This document shows, in pieces, positions 13,204-25,698 of a stretch of 45,759 nucleotides of DNA. Each line of letters starts with the position of its first letter. The first letter of the stretch is position 1. Made by a program: the position numbers and the translations under genes. The stretch is from Octopus bimaculoides (Eukaryota): positions 7,566,201-7,611,959 of the forward strand of contig NC_069003.1 of assembly GCF_001194135.2 (NCBI RefSeq). The letters are read 5' to 3'. The notes beneath the pieces were generated by a model, which worked only from the letters and a program-made list of their open reading frames with translations, made no database searches and had not been told where the DNA came from.

Positions 13204-14984
13204 AGAGAGAGAGAGAGAGAGAGAGAGATACAATATACACTCACACAGTCAAATGTTCATGGTTACCATCCTGGTAGAATGCAATCAATATACACCACAA
13301 ACAGTATACAAACAATACAAACAAGCAACTACAACACACAAACAAACACCACACTATTACCAGACAACACAACCATGCCATTCCACAACCACTACACATC
13401 ACGACATTACCCTATACTACAACACAACACACTACTAAATTCAACTGAACAAATGATCTGTGGAATACATCTAGTTGCTTCAATAACTACTTACATAGGA
13501 ATCTTATTCTTTTCTGCTCTAGGCACAAGGCTCGATTTTTACCTTGCTTGGAAACAAATAGGGGTTGCCACTGGGAAGGGCATCAGGCTGTAGAAAACTC
13601 TGCCCTAACATACTCCTGTCTGACCCAAGCAAGCATGAAAAAGCAGGTGTTAAAATGACAATGATTAATTTATTAGATTCAGGTTTGTAGTTTTAGTTAG
13701 ACAGGTATTTTTTATAATGGCTGCACCACAATGGAATGAGTGGCAACTCATTAAAATTGCTGCCCTAATATTGATAGGGAAAGGGCCATGCTCTGGCACT
13801 CTGTCGTTGTGATGACAAAGATTCCAGTTGGTTCAAGCAACAGGATGGCCTGCTCATGAAATTAACGTGCAAATGGCTGACCACTCTACAGACACGTGGA
13901 CGCTTGAAGTAGTTCTCAAGGAGATTCAGTGTGACAAAGCTGGCCCTTTGAATTACAGGTAGAATTCATTTCACCAGCTGAGGTAAAGTCTCTTGCTCAA
14001 GGACACTAAGCCTTGTGAGTGGATTTAGTAGACGGAAACTGAAAGAAGCCTGTCATGTATATGTATGCATGTGTGTGTGTGTGTGTGCATGTCTTTGTCC
14101 CCTTACCATTGCTTGGCAATTGGTGTTGGTGTGTTTACATCCCCATAATGTAGCGGTTCAGCAAAAGAGACTGACAGCGTAAGTACCAGGCTTAAAAATA
14201 AAAGAAGCACTACGGATTATTCATTTGGCTAAAAATTCTTTGAGGCAGTGCCCCAGTATGGCCACAGTCCAGTGACTGAAACAAGTAAAAGATAAAAGGT
14301 AAGATACAATATGAGTTGTGTGTGGCAAGGATGGGGTGGCGGTGGTGGATGGAGCATATGCAGTTTTGATTGGACCAAAGCAGAAACAAAACCAATTACA
14401 TCTAAACTAAGATGTATCAGATGATTGGATATTAGCCCTTAAGGGTAACGAGATGAAATACATTCTTGAGTAAGAGTAAATATCTCATCTCATAGAAAAA
14501 CCTTAGAGGCATGAAACTTTATTCGATGTTCAAAAACATCACGGTAAACCAGAAATAAGACTACAAAAAGAAATTCATTTCAAAGGTAGCTAAGAATAGA
14601 TGAGAATTTAAAACAGATCAAAAATCTGTGACTACTACAATATCATTTGCTTATGTGAACTTTGCAAATGTACAAGTGAATATTCTCAAGTGTTCTCCTT
14701 ACCTGCTTGACAAGATATGTGCATGCATTCTTCGTCTTCAGTAATGTTTCCCTCGCATTCACTACCCTTTGGTAAGCAGCTGCGAAATCTCTTTCGTTGG
14801 CCTGAGTCACATGTTGATGAACAATGTGACCATTCGCTCCATGATGTCCAGCTGCTGTTGGCTTTGTTCTGCAATTCTAAAATATACAGATATACATGTA
14901 TGCTGTTTTCCTGTTATTCTTCTTGGTTTACATACGTATGTACATACATACATACATATATACATACATATAAATAACTGATAA

Positions 14985-15051
<67 letters not shown>

Positions 15052-16238
15052 TATAATAAAACAAAGATTGGAAAATTTGGTATATTTTTCAATTTCATGT
15101 TACACGGAGGCCAGACGAAATGTCAAACAGAAATCTGTGGGATAGAATGAACCAAACTTCTATCATTGAAGAAATTCTGAAAAGGAAATGGGGCTGGATC
15201 TCCAAATAGCATTGCAGGACAAGTGTTAAACTGGCCACCTGAAGAAAAGCAATCGGTCTCCTTTGATCTGAAGTCAAAGGCGTAACCCAAGACTGCATCT
15301 TCTGGCATCAAATGGTCATGACCCCGTGTTCCTTACTGTGTAATGTGGACTAAAAGGAATTTATTTCAGGTGAGACCAAGAATAGACGAGAATTTAAACA
15401 GACCAAAAAAAAAAATATATATATAATAAACTGTGACTGTTACAACAATTTCTATTTTTACAAGAACTTTGCAGATGTACAATAAATATTTTTAAATGCT
15501 TTCCTTACCTGTGTGACAACGTTCATGCATGCATTCTTCCTCTTCATTCTCACCTCCCTGGCATTTACTGCCCTTTGGTAAACAACTGCGAAATCTCTCT
15601 CGGCGGCCTGAGTCACATGTAGTTGAGCAATGAGACCATTCACTCCATGATGTCCAACTGCTATGGGTCTTGTTGGGTAATGCTAAAACATACACATACA
15701 TATATATAAGGGTGGCTGGCTCGCAATTTTACAACCGAAAGGCAGAAATATATATATGTGACTGAGGCTGTGTTCTCAGTCACTTTAGTGATGTATGTAT
15801 GTATGTATATAAACAATTGTAGCATGGAAGGTGTTTATAAGCCATTTAAAATAACACACAAAAACCGTTAGATTCACTTTAAATGTTGAAGTGAATCTGA
15901 CGGTTTTTGTGTGTTATTTTAACCCTTTAGCATTTAAACCGGCCATATCCGGCCAAAAGTATTCTGCCTATTCTATGTTCAAACTGACCAGATCTAGTCT
16001 TTCACACCAACCCTACAATAACATTTTAAAAATTAACAGCTACCTCATCAAAATCTCATAGCTACAAGATAATGCATGATTACTTCAAAACAATGTGGAT
16101 AAAAAAGCATTAATTATGGCAGAATAATGTGAACACTAAAGGGTTAAATGGCTTATAAACACCTTCCACGCTGCAATTATTTTTGTTCCAGAACACGATC
16201 TCAGATCAAGTCACTTGCTGTGCAAGTACATCTCCGTA

Positions 16239-16303
<65 letters not shown>

Positions 16304-17663
16304 GGTGCATCAGCATGGCCGCAGCTCTAAGCTGAAACTTTGAAATGAAATGAAAAAATATATATGTATATATATATATATATGGTGACCACTGGTAGTC
16401 AGTTAATATAAGGGAGATAATCATTTCTTCATAATATTTGATAAGATTAGAAGTGTAAATTTGAAATTAAGGAATAAGGAAGAGGTAATGAGATGTGGGT
16501 TCTAAATACAGAGGACAAGCGAAGGCTAGGGGGACTGATGCTCGTATGTCCTGCTGGATGTGCAATGTCAGTGTACATGTGTGACAGAGCACTAGTGTCC
16601 TGAGGGAAAATTTGGACATAAGAGGAATTAGTTGTGGTCTGCAAGAGAGAAGACTGAGCTGGTTTGGTCGTGTAATGTGGATGCAAGTTGACATCGCTGA
16701 AAGTGGATGGTGCTCATGGAAGAAGGAGACCCAGGAGAACAAGGAACGAAGTACTAAAGGCTGATCTCAAAATGCTGAGCCATGTGGAGGAGATGATGAC
16801 AAAGGACTGAAATATATGGTGTATTGCAGAATTGATACAGTTGCTGGTGCCACATAGAAAGCACCGGTGCTGGTGTCATGTAAAAAGCAGCCATTAATTT
16901 TTGTAAAGTGGCTGCTGTAAGGAAGGGCATCCAACCGTAGAAACCAAACCACAAAAGACTATGAAGCCCAGTACAGAGGGGGGGGGGAGTTACAATAAAG
17001 TTGAAGAAGAAGAAGAAGAAGAAGAAGAATTGAAGGAGAAATAAATTGTTATTGTTACCTGTGATGCAATGCCTTTCAATGCAATCTTTTACGTCAGTTG
17101 TCTTTCCATGGCATTCCCTGCCCTTTGGTAAGCATCTGTGAAATCTCTTTCGAACGCCTATGCTGCATGAAGTTGAGCAGTGTGACCATTCACTCCATGA
17201 CATCCAGCTGCCAGAGGTTTTGATAGGCAATACTAAAATATGTGTGTATATATATAGATGTATATATATGTAGATATGTAATATATATACTACATACAGT
17301 ATATATTTATATATATGATATATACATAATATATGTATATATGTACATGCATAATATATTTATAACATATATTTATACATAATATATATAATATATAGCA
17401 TATAAACTATCTATCTGTCTATCAATATATGTCATAGATGATATGTATGTGTTATACATGATATGTACATTATGTATATATATATATATATATATAGTCA
17501 ATCCAAACATGAAATAAAGTGTCTTGCTCAAGAACACAACACACAACCTGTTCTGGGACTTGATCTTACAACCTCATGATTGTTAACCTGATGCTCTAAC
17601 GACTGAGCCATGCACCTTTAATCAATCTATCTATCTATCTATCTATTTATCTATCTCCCTCTG

Positions 17664-17695
<32 letters not shown>

Positions 17696-18698
17696 CACAC
17701 TATATACACGTACATGCGTACATATATATACATATAGATGGGGTCTGATCAATAAGTATCCGGATTGTTGCCATAGTAACGAAGCTAAAGCATGCAGATT
17801 GCAGCTGCTTAGCAAACATTGGTCTTGAACTCTGTTGTGTATGTGTATTAAGATTCAACACTCTAGCTCACTTCTGCTGTTTACAGCTGTGCTTGGAAGG
17901 AAGCAGTGTAGCGTGTGATCGTCGCATTGACCATTACAAAGAAAGCTGTCATGGCGATATCGGCTCAGAGGCCTATGCAAAGTTACAGAAAGTGTATGGA
18001 GTGGAGTGTATGAGCCGCACACAAGTGTATGAGTGGTTCGGTTCAGATGTTTCCAAGATGGTCAAGACAATGTCGATATTGACGAATGCTCTGGGTGACC
18101 CACAACCAGTAGAACTGAGAAAAACATTGCAGATGTGCATGCAGCTGTGAGGGGAATCATTGAATCACCATCCGTGAGTTATCAGCAGATGTGCAGATTA
18201 GATATGGCTCAGTTCACTCCATTATCACTGAAGATTTGGGTATGAGACGCATGTCTGCCAAGTTTGTGCTAAAAGTGCTTTCAGCTCACCAAAATAACAC
18301 TTGGGTTTCAGTTGCATGAGATCTTGACTGTGTCGAGAATGGAAACTTTGCGTAGGGCTCTGAGCAGATATTGCCAAGCTTTTGCCAAAATTTGATGCAG
18401 ATTCTCTGCTCAACCTTCTCTGTCATGGCCTATGCAATGATCACAAGCTAAAAGCCTTCCTTCCAAGCACTATCGTAAAAGGCGGAAGTGAGAGAGAACG
18501 TTAAAAGTTAATGTGCATGCACAACAGAGTTCAAGGTCAATCTACATGCTTTAGTTTTGTTACTATGGCAACAGTCCGGATACTTATTGATCAGACCAGA
18601 AAGATAGATATCTGTATATATATATATATATATTACTCTACCTCTGGTATTTGAGTACTCTTTTTACCACCCTGTTGCACATTTATGTGCTTACTCCA

Positions 18699-18735
<37 letters not shown>

Positions 18736-18742
18736 ACACGTT

Positions 18743-18781
<39 letters not shown>

Positions 18782-19497
18782 TTATTAAGTTTGATTAACT
18801 CTTGAAGTATATACAACAATATCTAATATCATATTATAATAACTCTTGTCACTCTGTCGGTGAGTGAGCCGGTGCCGTGTGCTCTGGTTGTCTGCCAATG
18901 CTTTTGCTTGGATCAGGTTACCACATGAATTAGTTGTAAAGACCCATCAATCCAGAACATCTACAGAGAGCTATTTAATGAACATTAAATGAACATTAAG
19001 GAAAATTTGATTATCTAAGTTATTGCATTTCTGAATCATTAGTTTGCTCATTAATCTAGCTAATGTTTATATATTGGTAGCTTGGTGATTATAATGGATT
19101 ACTATGATATATAAGAATTTCTAGCTTTAGCATATCTGTACCATATATTCCTCTACTATATATTCATGTTTACTTTACAATTATAAATGGAATGTGTATA
19201 AGTAAATTTATATGTACACATTATTTACATTATTTATATTTGATGGATATTTGTCCTCATCTTGTTTGTTGTTAATACAACGCTTCGGCTGATATACCCT
19301 CCAGCTTTCATCAGGAGTCTTGGGGAAATTTTAAACTTGGGCTCTCATTCCTAAGGTATTTTTCGATATTATTATTATTATTATTATTATTATTATCATT
19401 ATTATTATTATTCAGGTCACTGCCTGGAATCGAACTTGGAATCTTGGGATTAGTAGTCCGTGCTCTTAACCACTACGCCATATACCCGAAACACCAG

Positions 19498-19543
<46 letters not shown>

Positions 19544-22500
19544 CTTATTGTGTGTACATATAATTCCTCATCTCTTGAATATAGAACTGAATTTATACAC
19601 CTATTCATATAAGAAAATCATATACATATATATCAATATTAAATCATTGCATTTCATATTTAATAAACCAAGTCAATTGTTGCTTTTCATTTGATCTACT
19701 CTAATCATAAACAGCTGTTCCTGGCAGGGGATGATGTTTGAACAGAAATTGATCAAGCTACAGTAAAACTTCATGATGAACAATTTTTTATCCGATGAAT
19801 TTCTCATACAGTAATGTGCATACAAGAAAGCATTTTGGCATTTCATGCATTGCTCTGTGTTGAAATAATGCTTTCTATTTTGTAGCCATGGAAATCATTT
19901 TTTTAATATAAAAAGGCAGAATTCTGGTTTAAGCACCCTATATAAACCCACATAACTTCTTATATTTTATGGAATTTTCAGAAAATGTTTGTGAAAATGT
20001 GTTTTCTTCATACAGGAATTCATATTATAATGAAAAAAAAAAATTTTTTTAATTTTTCAAACCTCTCCTCCCATCCCATATATCCTAAAAGTTCCACTCT
20101 CTTTCCAATTTTAATTTTTAAAACAGAGTTTAAAATGCAGATTTTTTGCTTAAATCCCAGCAATGGACCACCCTTGGGTGCATCATCATTCCATTAAATG
20201 TGTTTGAAGGGAGAAAAATATTGAAAAACATCAATACACATCAGCAACAAAGAAACGAGAGAGGTATCAGGTGGTCATGAGATGTGCTAAAAACAGCAGC
20301 TAAATTACCCTGAATCACACATAACCAATCTCGGAGTGGTTGGCGTTAGGAAGGGCATCCAGCTGTAGATACTCTGCTAGATCAGATTGGAGCCTGGTGC
20401 AGCCATCTGATTTGCCAGTCCTCAGTCAAATCGTCCAACCCATGCTAGCATGGAAAGCGGACGTTAAACGATGATGATGATGATGATGATGCTCATCCTG
20501 TTGCTAACTATTTCCAAATTTTCAAATAAGGGATATCTTATTCCATATGTCTTTGAAGGTGCAAGACTAGTGGGTGATTTGTCAACAAGGTTAATAATAA
20601 CATCATCATCACCGCTTCTAGCTGACTGATTTTTGAGAAATACACACACACACAAGGAGAGAGAGAGAGTTCTTTCAGTTTTTGGTTTCTAAAGTCCACT
20701 CACAAGGCTTTAATCAGCTAGCGTTACCATAGATGACATTTTATTAAAATGCTGCACAATGGCAATGAACTCAATGCCATGTGATTTAAGAACCAAACTT
20801 CTCAACCACAGAGTTTTTTTTAACAATCTAGATAATACAGCTTAGCATGGATCAGTNNNNNNNNNNNNNNNNNNNNNNNNNNNNNNNNNNNNNNNNNNNN
20901 NNNNNNNNNNNNNNNNNNNNNNNNNNNNNNNNNNNNNNNNNNNNNNNNNNNNNNNNNNNNNNNNNNNNNNNNNNNNNNNNNNNNNNNNNNNNNNNNNNNN
21001 NNNNNNNNNNNNNNNNNNNNNNNNNNNNNNNNNNNNNNNNNNNNNNNNNNNNNNNNNNNNNNNNNNNNNNNNNNNNNNNNNNNNNNNNNNNCACACACAC
21101 ACAAACACACATACATAAACAAACGGCTTCTTTCAGTTTCTGCCTATCAAACCCACTAACATTGGCCTGAGGCTATAATGGACGACACTTTCCCAAGGTG
21201 CCTTACAGTGGGACTGAACTCAGCACCACGTGGCTGAGAAGTAAACTTCTTACCACACTGCCATGCATGATGATGAAGGCTTTGGTTAACCCATGGCTAT
21301 AGTAGAAGACATTTGCCCAAGGTACCTTGCAGTGGGACTGAACTCAGAACTGTGTGGTTGGGAAGCAACCTCCTTACCATGCAGCCACACCTGCACTTAT
21401 ACACATAAATCTATTCATAAAACACTACATTATAGGGATTTTCAGTGAATTAATGCAGCAGTGAAGGCTGCAAAAGATGAAACAATAAAATCACAAAAGG
21501 TCACAAAGTGTAAGAGGTTACTTCAAGGATTTTGCCTTTTGTAAAAGAAAAAAGAAAAAAAAAAAACGAAACAACAAGAATCTCTGATAAAACAAACATT
21601 CAAAGAAATATTTTCAAGTGCTTTCTTTACCTTTGTGACAACGTCTAATGAAGCAGTCTTTCGTACTAATATTAAATCCCTTGCATTCAGCACCTTTAGG
21701 CGAGCAGCTGCGAAATCTTCTTCGGTGGCCTTTGTTGCATGCTTTCGAGCAGCGTGACCAATCACTCCATGATGTCCAATGGCCATTAGTTTTGAGGGTC
21801 AATGCTAAAATATATATGTATTCATATATATATATATATATATATANNNNNNNNNNNNNNNNNNNNNNNNNNNNNNNNNNNNNNNNNNNNNNNNNNNNNN
21901 NNNNNNNNNNNNNNNNNNNNNNNNNNNNNNNNNNNNNNNNNNNNNNNNNNNNNNNNNNNNNNNNNNNNNNNNNNNNNNNNNNNNNNNNNNNNNNNNNNNN
22001 NNNNNNNNNNNNNNNNNNNNNNNNNNNNNNNNNNNNNNNNNNNNNNNNNNNNNNNNNNNNNNNNNNNNNNNNNNNNNNNNNNNNNNNNNNNNNNNNNNNN
22101 NNNNNNNNNNNNNNNNNNNNNNNNNNNNNNNNNNNNNNNNNNNNNNNNNNNNNNNNNNNNNNNNNNNNNNNNNNNNNNNNNNNNNNNNNNNNNNNNNNNN
22201 NNNNNNNNNNNNNNNNNNNNNNNNNNNNNNNNNNNNNNNNNNNNNNNNNNNNNNNNNNNNNNNNNNNNNNNNNNNNNNNNNNNNNNNNNNNNNNNNNNNN
22301 NNNNNNNNNNNNNNNNNNNNNNNNNNNNNNNNNNNNNNNNNNNNNNNNNNNNNNNNNNNTTATATTAGTTTTGATTGCATCGTCATTTCTCTCCCATTCT
22401 TAACAAAGCTGTCCAATGAACGGAAACGTGAAACTCTGAGTAACAGCTTTTTGTTATATTTCTGCTGCTTTTAAATAAAGCATATTACTCTACCTCTGGT

Positions 22501-24017
22501 ATGTGAGTACTCTTTTTTCCAACTTGTTTCACATTTATGTGCTTACTCTGGTATATAAGCTACTTAATGACCTCCCATGTACTGGCGGTACAGAAAATCA
22601 CCCAGGACACTCAGTAAAGTGGCTTCCAGCTGCAGAAACCATGCCAAAGCAGACAATGGAACCTGGCACAGTTCTTTGACCTGTTGGATCTTGTCAAGCC
22701 GACCAACCCATGTCAGCATGGACTGAATACAGGTGTTAAATGACAACGACAATGATGATGATGAAGACAATGATAGTGGTGAAGTTAGCGATGGTGGTGA
22801 TAGAGAATATGGCGGTAGTGGTGTTGCAGGTAATGGGGAATGATGATGATGATGATGATGTACAAGCACATTCTGTGTTTGTGTGCACGGATGACAAATC
22901 TCCCATGCTCCCCACACTCCTGCCTAGAAAGGAGTTTAAAGACATAAATCAGGAACGGATTATTAGTATTGGTGAAAATAAGAAATGCCAAAAGTTGGGA
23001 AAAGAATGGTAGAATCAGAAGAAAGGAAGAAAGAAAGAAAGACTGGAAAATACGTTTTTTTGTGATGTCAAAATTCTGCTTTTTCTTCATCCGTCGGTTT
23101 CTCTTTAATCTTTCTGTCTCTGTCTCTGTCTGTCTGTCCATCTCTCTCTCTCTCTCTCTCTGGAATAGTGGAATAGAGAGAGAGATAGAGAATGAGAAAT
23201 ACACATCGAGAGACAGAGACATAGATAAAGAGAGAGACAGAGAGAGAAACAAAGAAAAATAGGGAGGTGGAGGGGTGGTGATGGTGGTAATGGAGATGGT
23301 TTAAAAACACAATTGGACAAAGAGTTTATTGCAATATATATATCTTTAATGCTTTAGTCTGGAGTTGCTATATAGGTGCAGGAGGTGTTGTGTGTTAAGA
23401 AGCTTGCTTCCCAACCACATGGTTCTCGGTTCAGTCTCACTGCGTGGCACCTTGGGCAAGTGTCTTTGAGTATAACCTTGGGCCAACCAAAGCCTTGTGA
23501 GTGGATTTCGCAGACGGAAACTGAAAGAAGCCCGTCGTGTATATATATATATACATACATATATATATATATATANNNNNNNNNNNNNNNNNNNNNNNNN
23601 NNNNNNNNNNNNNNNNNNNNNNNNNNNNNNNNNNNNNNNNNNNNNNNNNNNNNNNNNNNNNNNNNNNNNNNNNNNNNNNNNNNNNNNNNNNNNNNNNNNN
23701 NNNNNNNNNNNNNNNNNNNNNNNNNNNNNNNNNNNNNNNNNNNNNNNNNNNNNNNNNNNNNNNNNNNNNNNNNNNNNNNNNNNNNNNNNNNNNNNNNNNN
23801 NNNNNNNNNNNNNNNNNNNNNNNNNNNNNNNNNNNNNNNNNNNNNNNNNNNNNNNNNNNNNNNNNNNNNNNNNNNNNNNNNNNNNNNNNNNNNNNNNNNN
23901 NNNNNNNNNNNNNNNNNNCTGGGGTCGATTTATTCGACTAAAGGTGGTGCTCCAGTGTTGCCGCAATCAAATGACTGAAACAAGTAAAAGAATAAAGAAT
24001 AAAAGAATATCTATATG

Positions 24018-24101
<84 letters not shown>

Positions 24102-25290
24102 TATACACACACACATATATATACATACATATATATGCAAATGTGGCTTAGTGGATAGGGTATTTGGCTCATGATCGTAAGGTCGTGAGTTCAATTCCCG
24201 GCAGCATGTTGTTTCCTTGAACAAGACACTTCATTTTAGGGCACTCCAGTCCACTCAGCTGGCAAAAATGAGTAGTACCTGTAATTCAAAGGGGCCAGCC
24301 TTGTCACATTCTGAATCTAACCTGAGAACTATGTTAAGGGTATGTATGTCTGTGGAGTGCTCAGCCACTTGGATGCTAACTTCACAAGCTGGCTATTCTG
24401 TTGATCGGATCAACTGGAACCCTCGTCATCATAAGCAATGTTGTTGGCACTCCGTCGCTTACGACGTCGAGGGTTCTTGTTGATCCAATCAACGGAACAG
24501 CCTGCTCGTGAAATTAACGTGCAAGTGGCTGAGCACTCCACAGACATGTGTACCCTTAACGTAGTTCTCGGGGATATTCAGCGTGACACAGTGTGACAAG
24601 GCTGGCCCTTTGAAATACAGGCACAACAGAAACAGGAAGTAAGAGTGAGAGAAAGTTGTGGTGGAAGAGTACAGCAGGGTTCGGCCACCATCACCTGCCG
24701 GAGCCTAGTGGAGCTTTAGGTGTTTTCACTCAATAAACACTCACAACGCCCGGTCTGGGAATCGAAACCGCGATCCTATGATCGCGAGACCGCTGCCCTA
24801 ACCACTGGGCCATTGCGCCTCCACCATAAGCAATGGCGTGCCAGTTATATATACAATGAGTATATAGGGATAAATTATGTAGGTGGGTACCGAAATAACT
24901 GTCCAGGTTCCAGCTAACGACATCAAGTAATATGAAGCATCAAGGATCACTAAAGGGTGAGTAATCCCACTGTAATACTTCTGATGGATTAGGATTACTG
25001 GATTATGAATATTTCCACTGGATTATAAATATGTTCAGGTGTGTAAATCCAAAACAGTTACAAACAATACAGAGACTGGTACTCTCTTTACTCTTACTTG
25101 TTTCAGTCATTTGACTGTGGCCATGCTGGAGCACCACCTTTAGTCGAGCAAATCGACCCCGGGACTTATTCTTTGTATGCCTAGTATTTATTCTATTGGT
25201 CTCTTTTTGCTGAACCGCTAACTGACGGGGACATAAGCATACCAGCATTGGTTGTCAAGCAATGCTAGGGGGACAAACACAGACACACAA

Positions 25291-25323
<33 letters not shown>

Positions 25324-25665
25324 CATATATACGACGGGCTTCTTTCAGTTTCCGTCTACCAAATCCACTCACAAGGCTTTGGTCGGCCTGAGGCTATAGT
25401 AGAAGACACTTGCCCAAGATGCCACGCAGTGGGACTGAACCCGGAACCATGTGGTTGGCAAGCAAGCTACTTACNNNNNNNNNNTTTGACTGTGGCCATG
25501 CTGGAGCACCACCTTTAGTCGAGCAAATCGACCCCGGGACTTATTCTTTGTATGCCTAGTATTTATTCTATTGGTCTCTTTTTGCCGAACCGCTAACTGA
25601 CGGGGACATAAGCATACCAGCATTGGTTGTCAAGCAATGCTAGGGGGACAAACACAGACACACAA

Positions 25666-25698
<33 letters not shown>

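Noticed and set aside
4067-15643. Repeated ORFs '[13 protein letters not shown]...' (4067, 6775, 8042, 9516, 15458) and plus-strand '[12 protein letters not shown]...' ORFs
   Set aside because: Alternative-frame or antisense shadows of the duplicated TSR exons. The TSR frame has the splice sites and the domain signature.
2556-15682. CRISPR-like or satellite interpretation of the recurring ~174-bp unit
   Set aside because: The units are spliceosomal exons separated by kb-scale introns in a eukaryotic gene.
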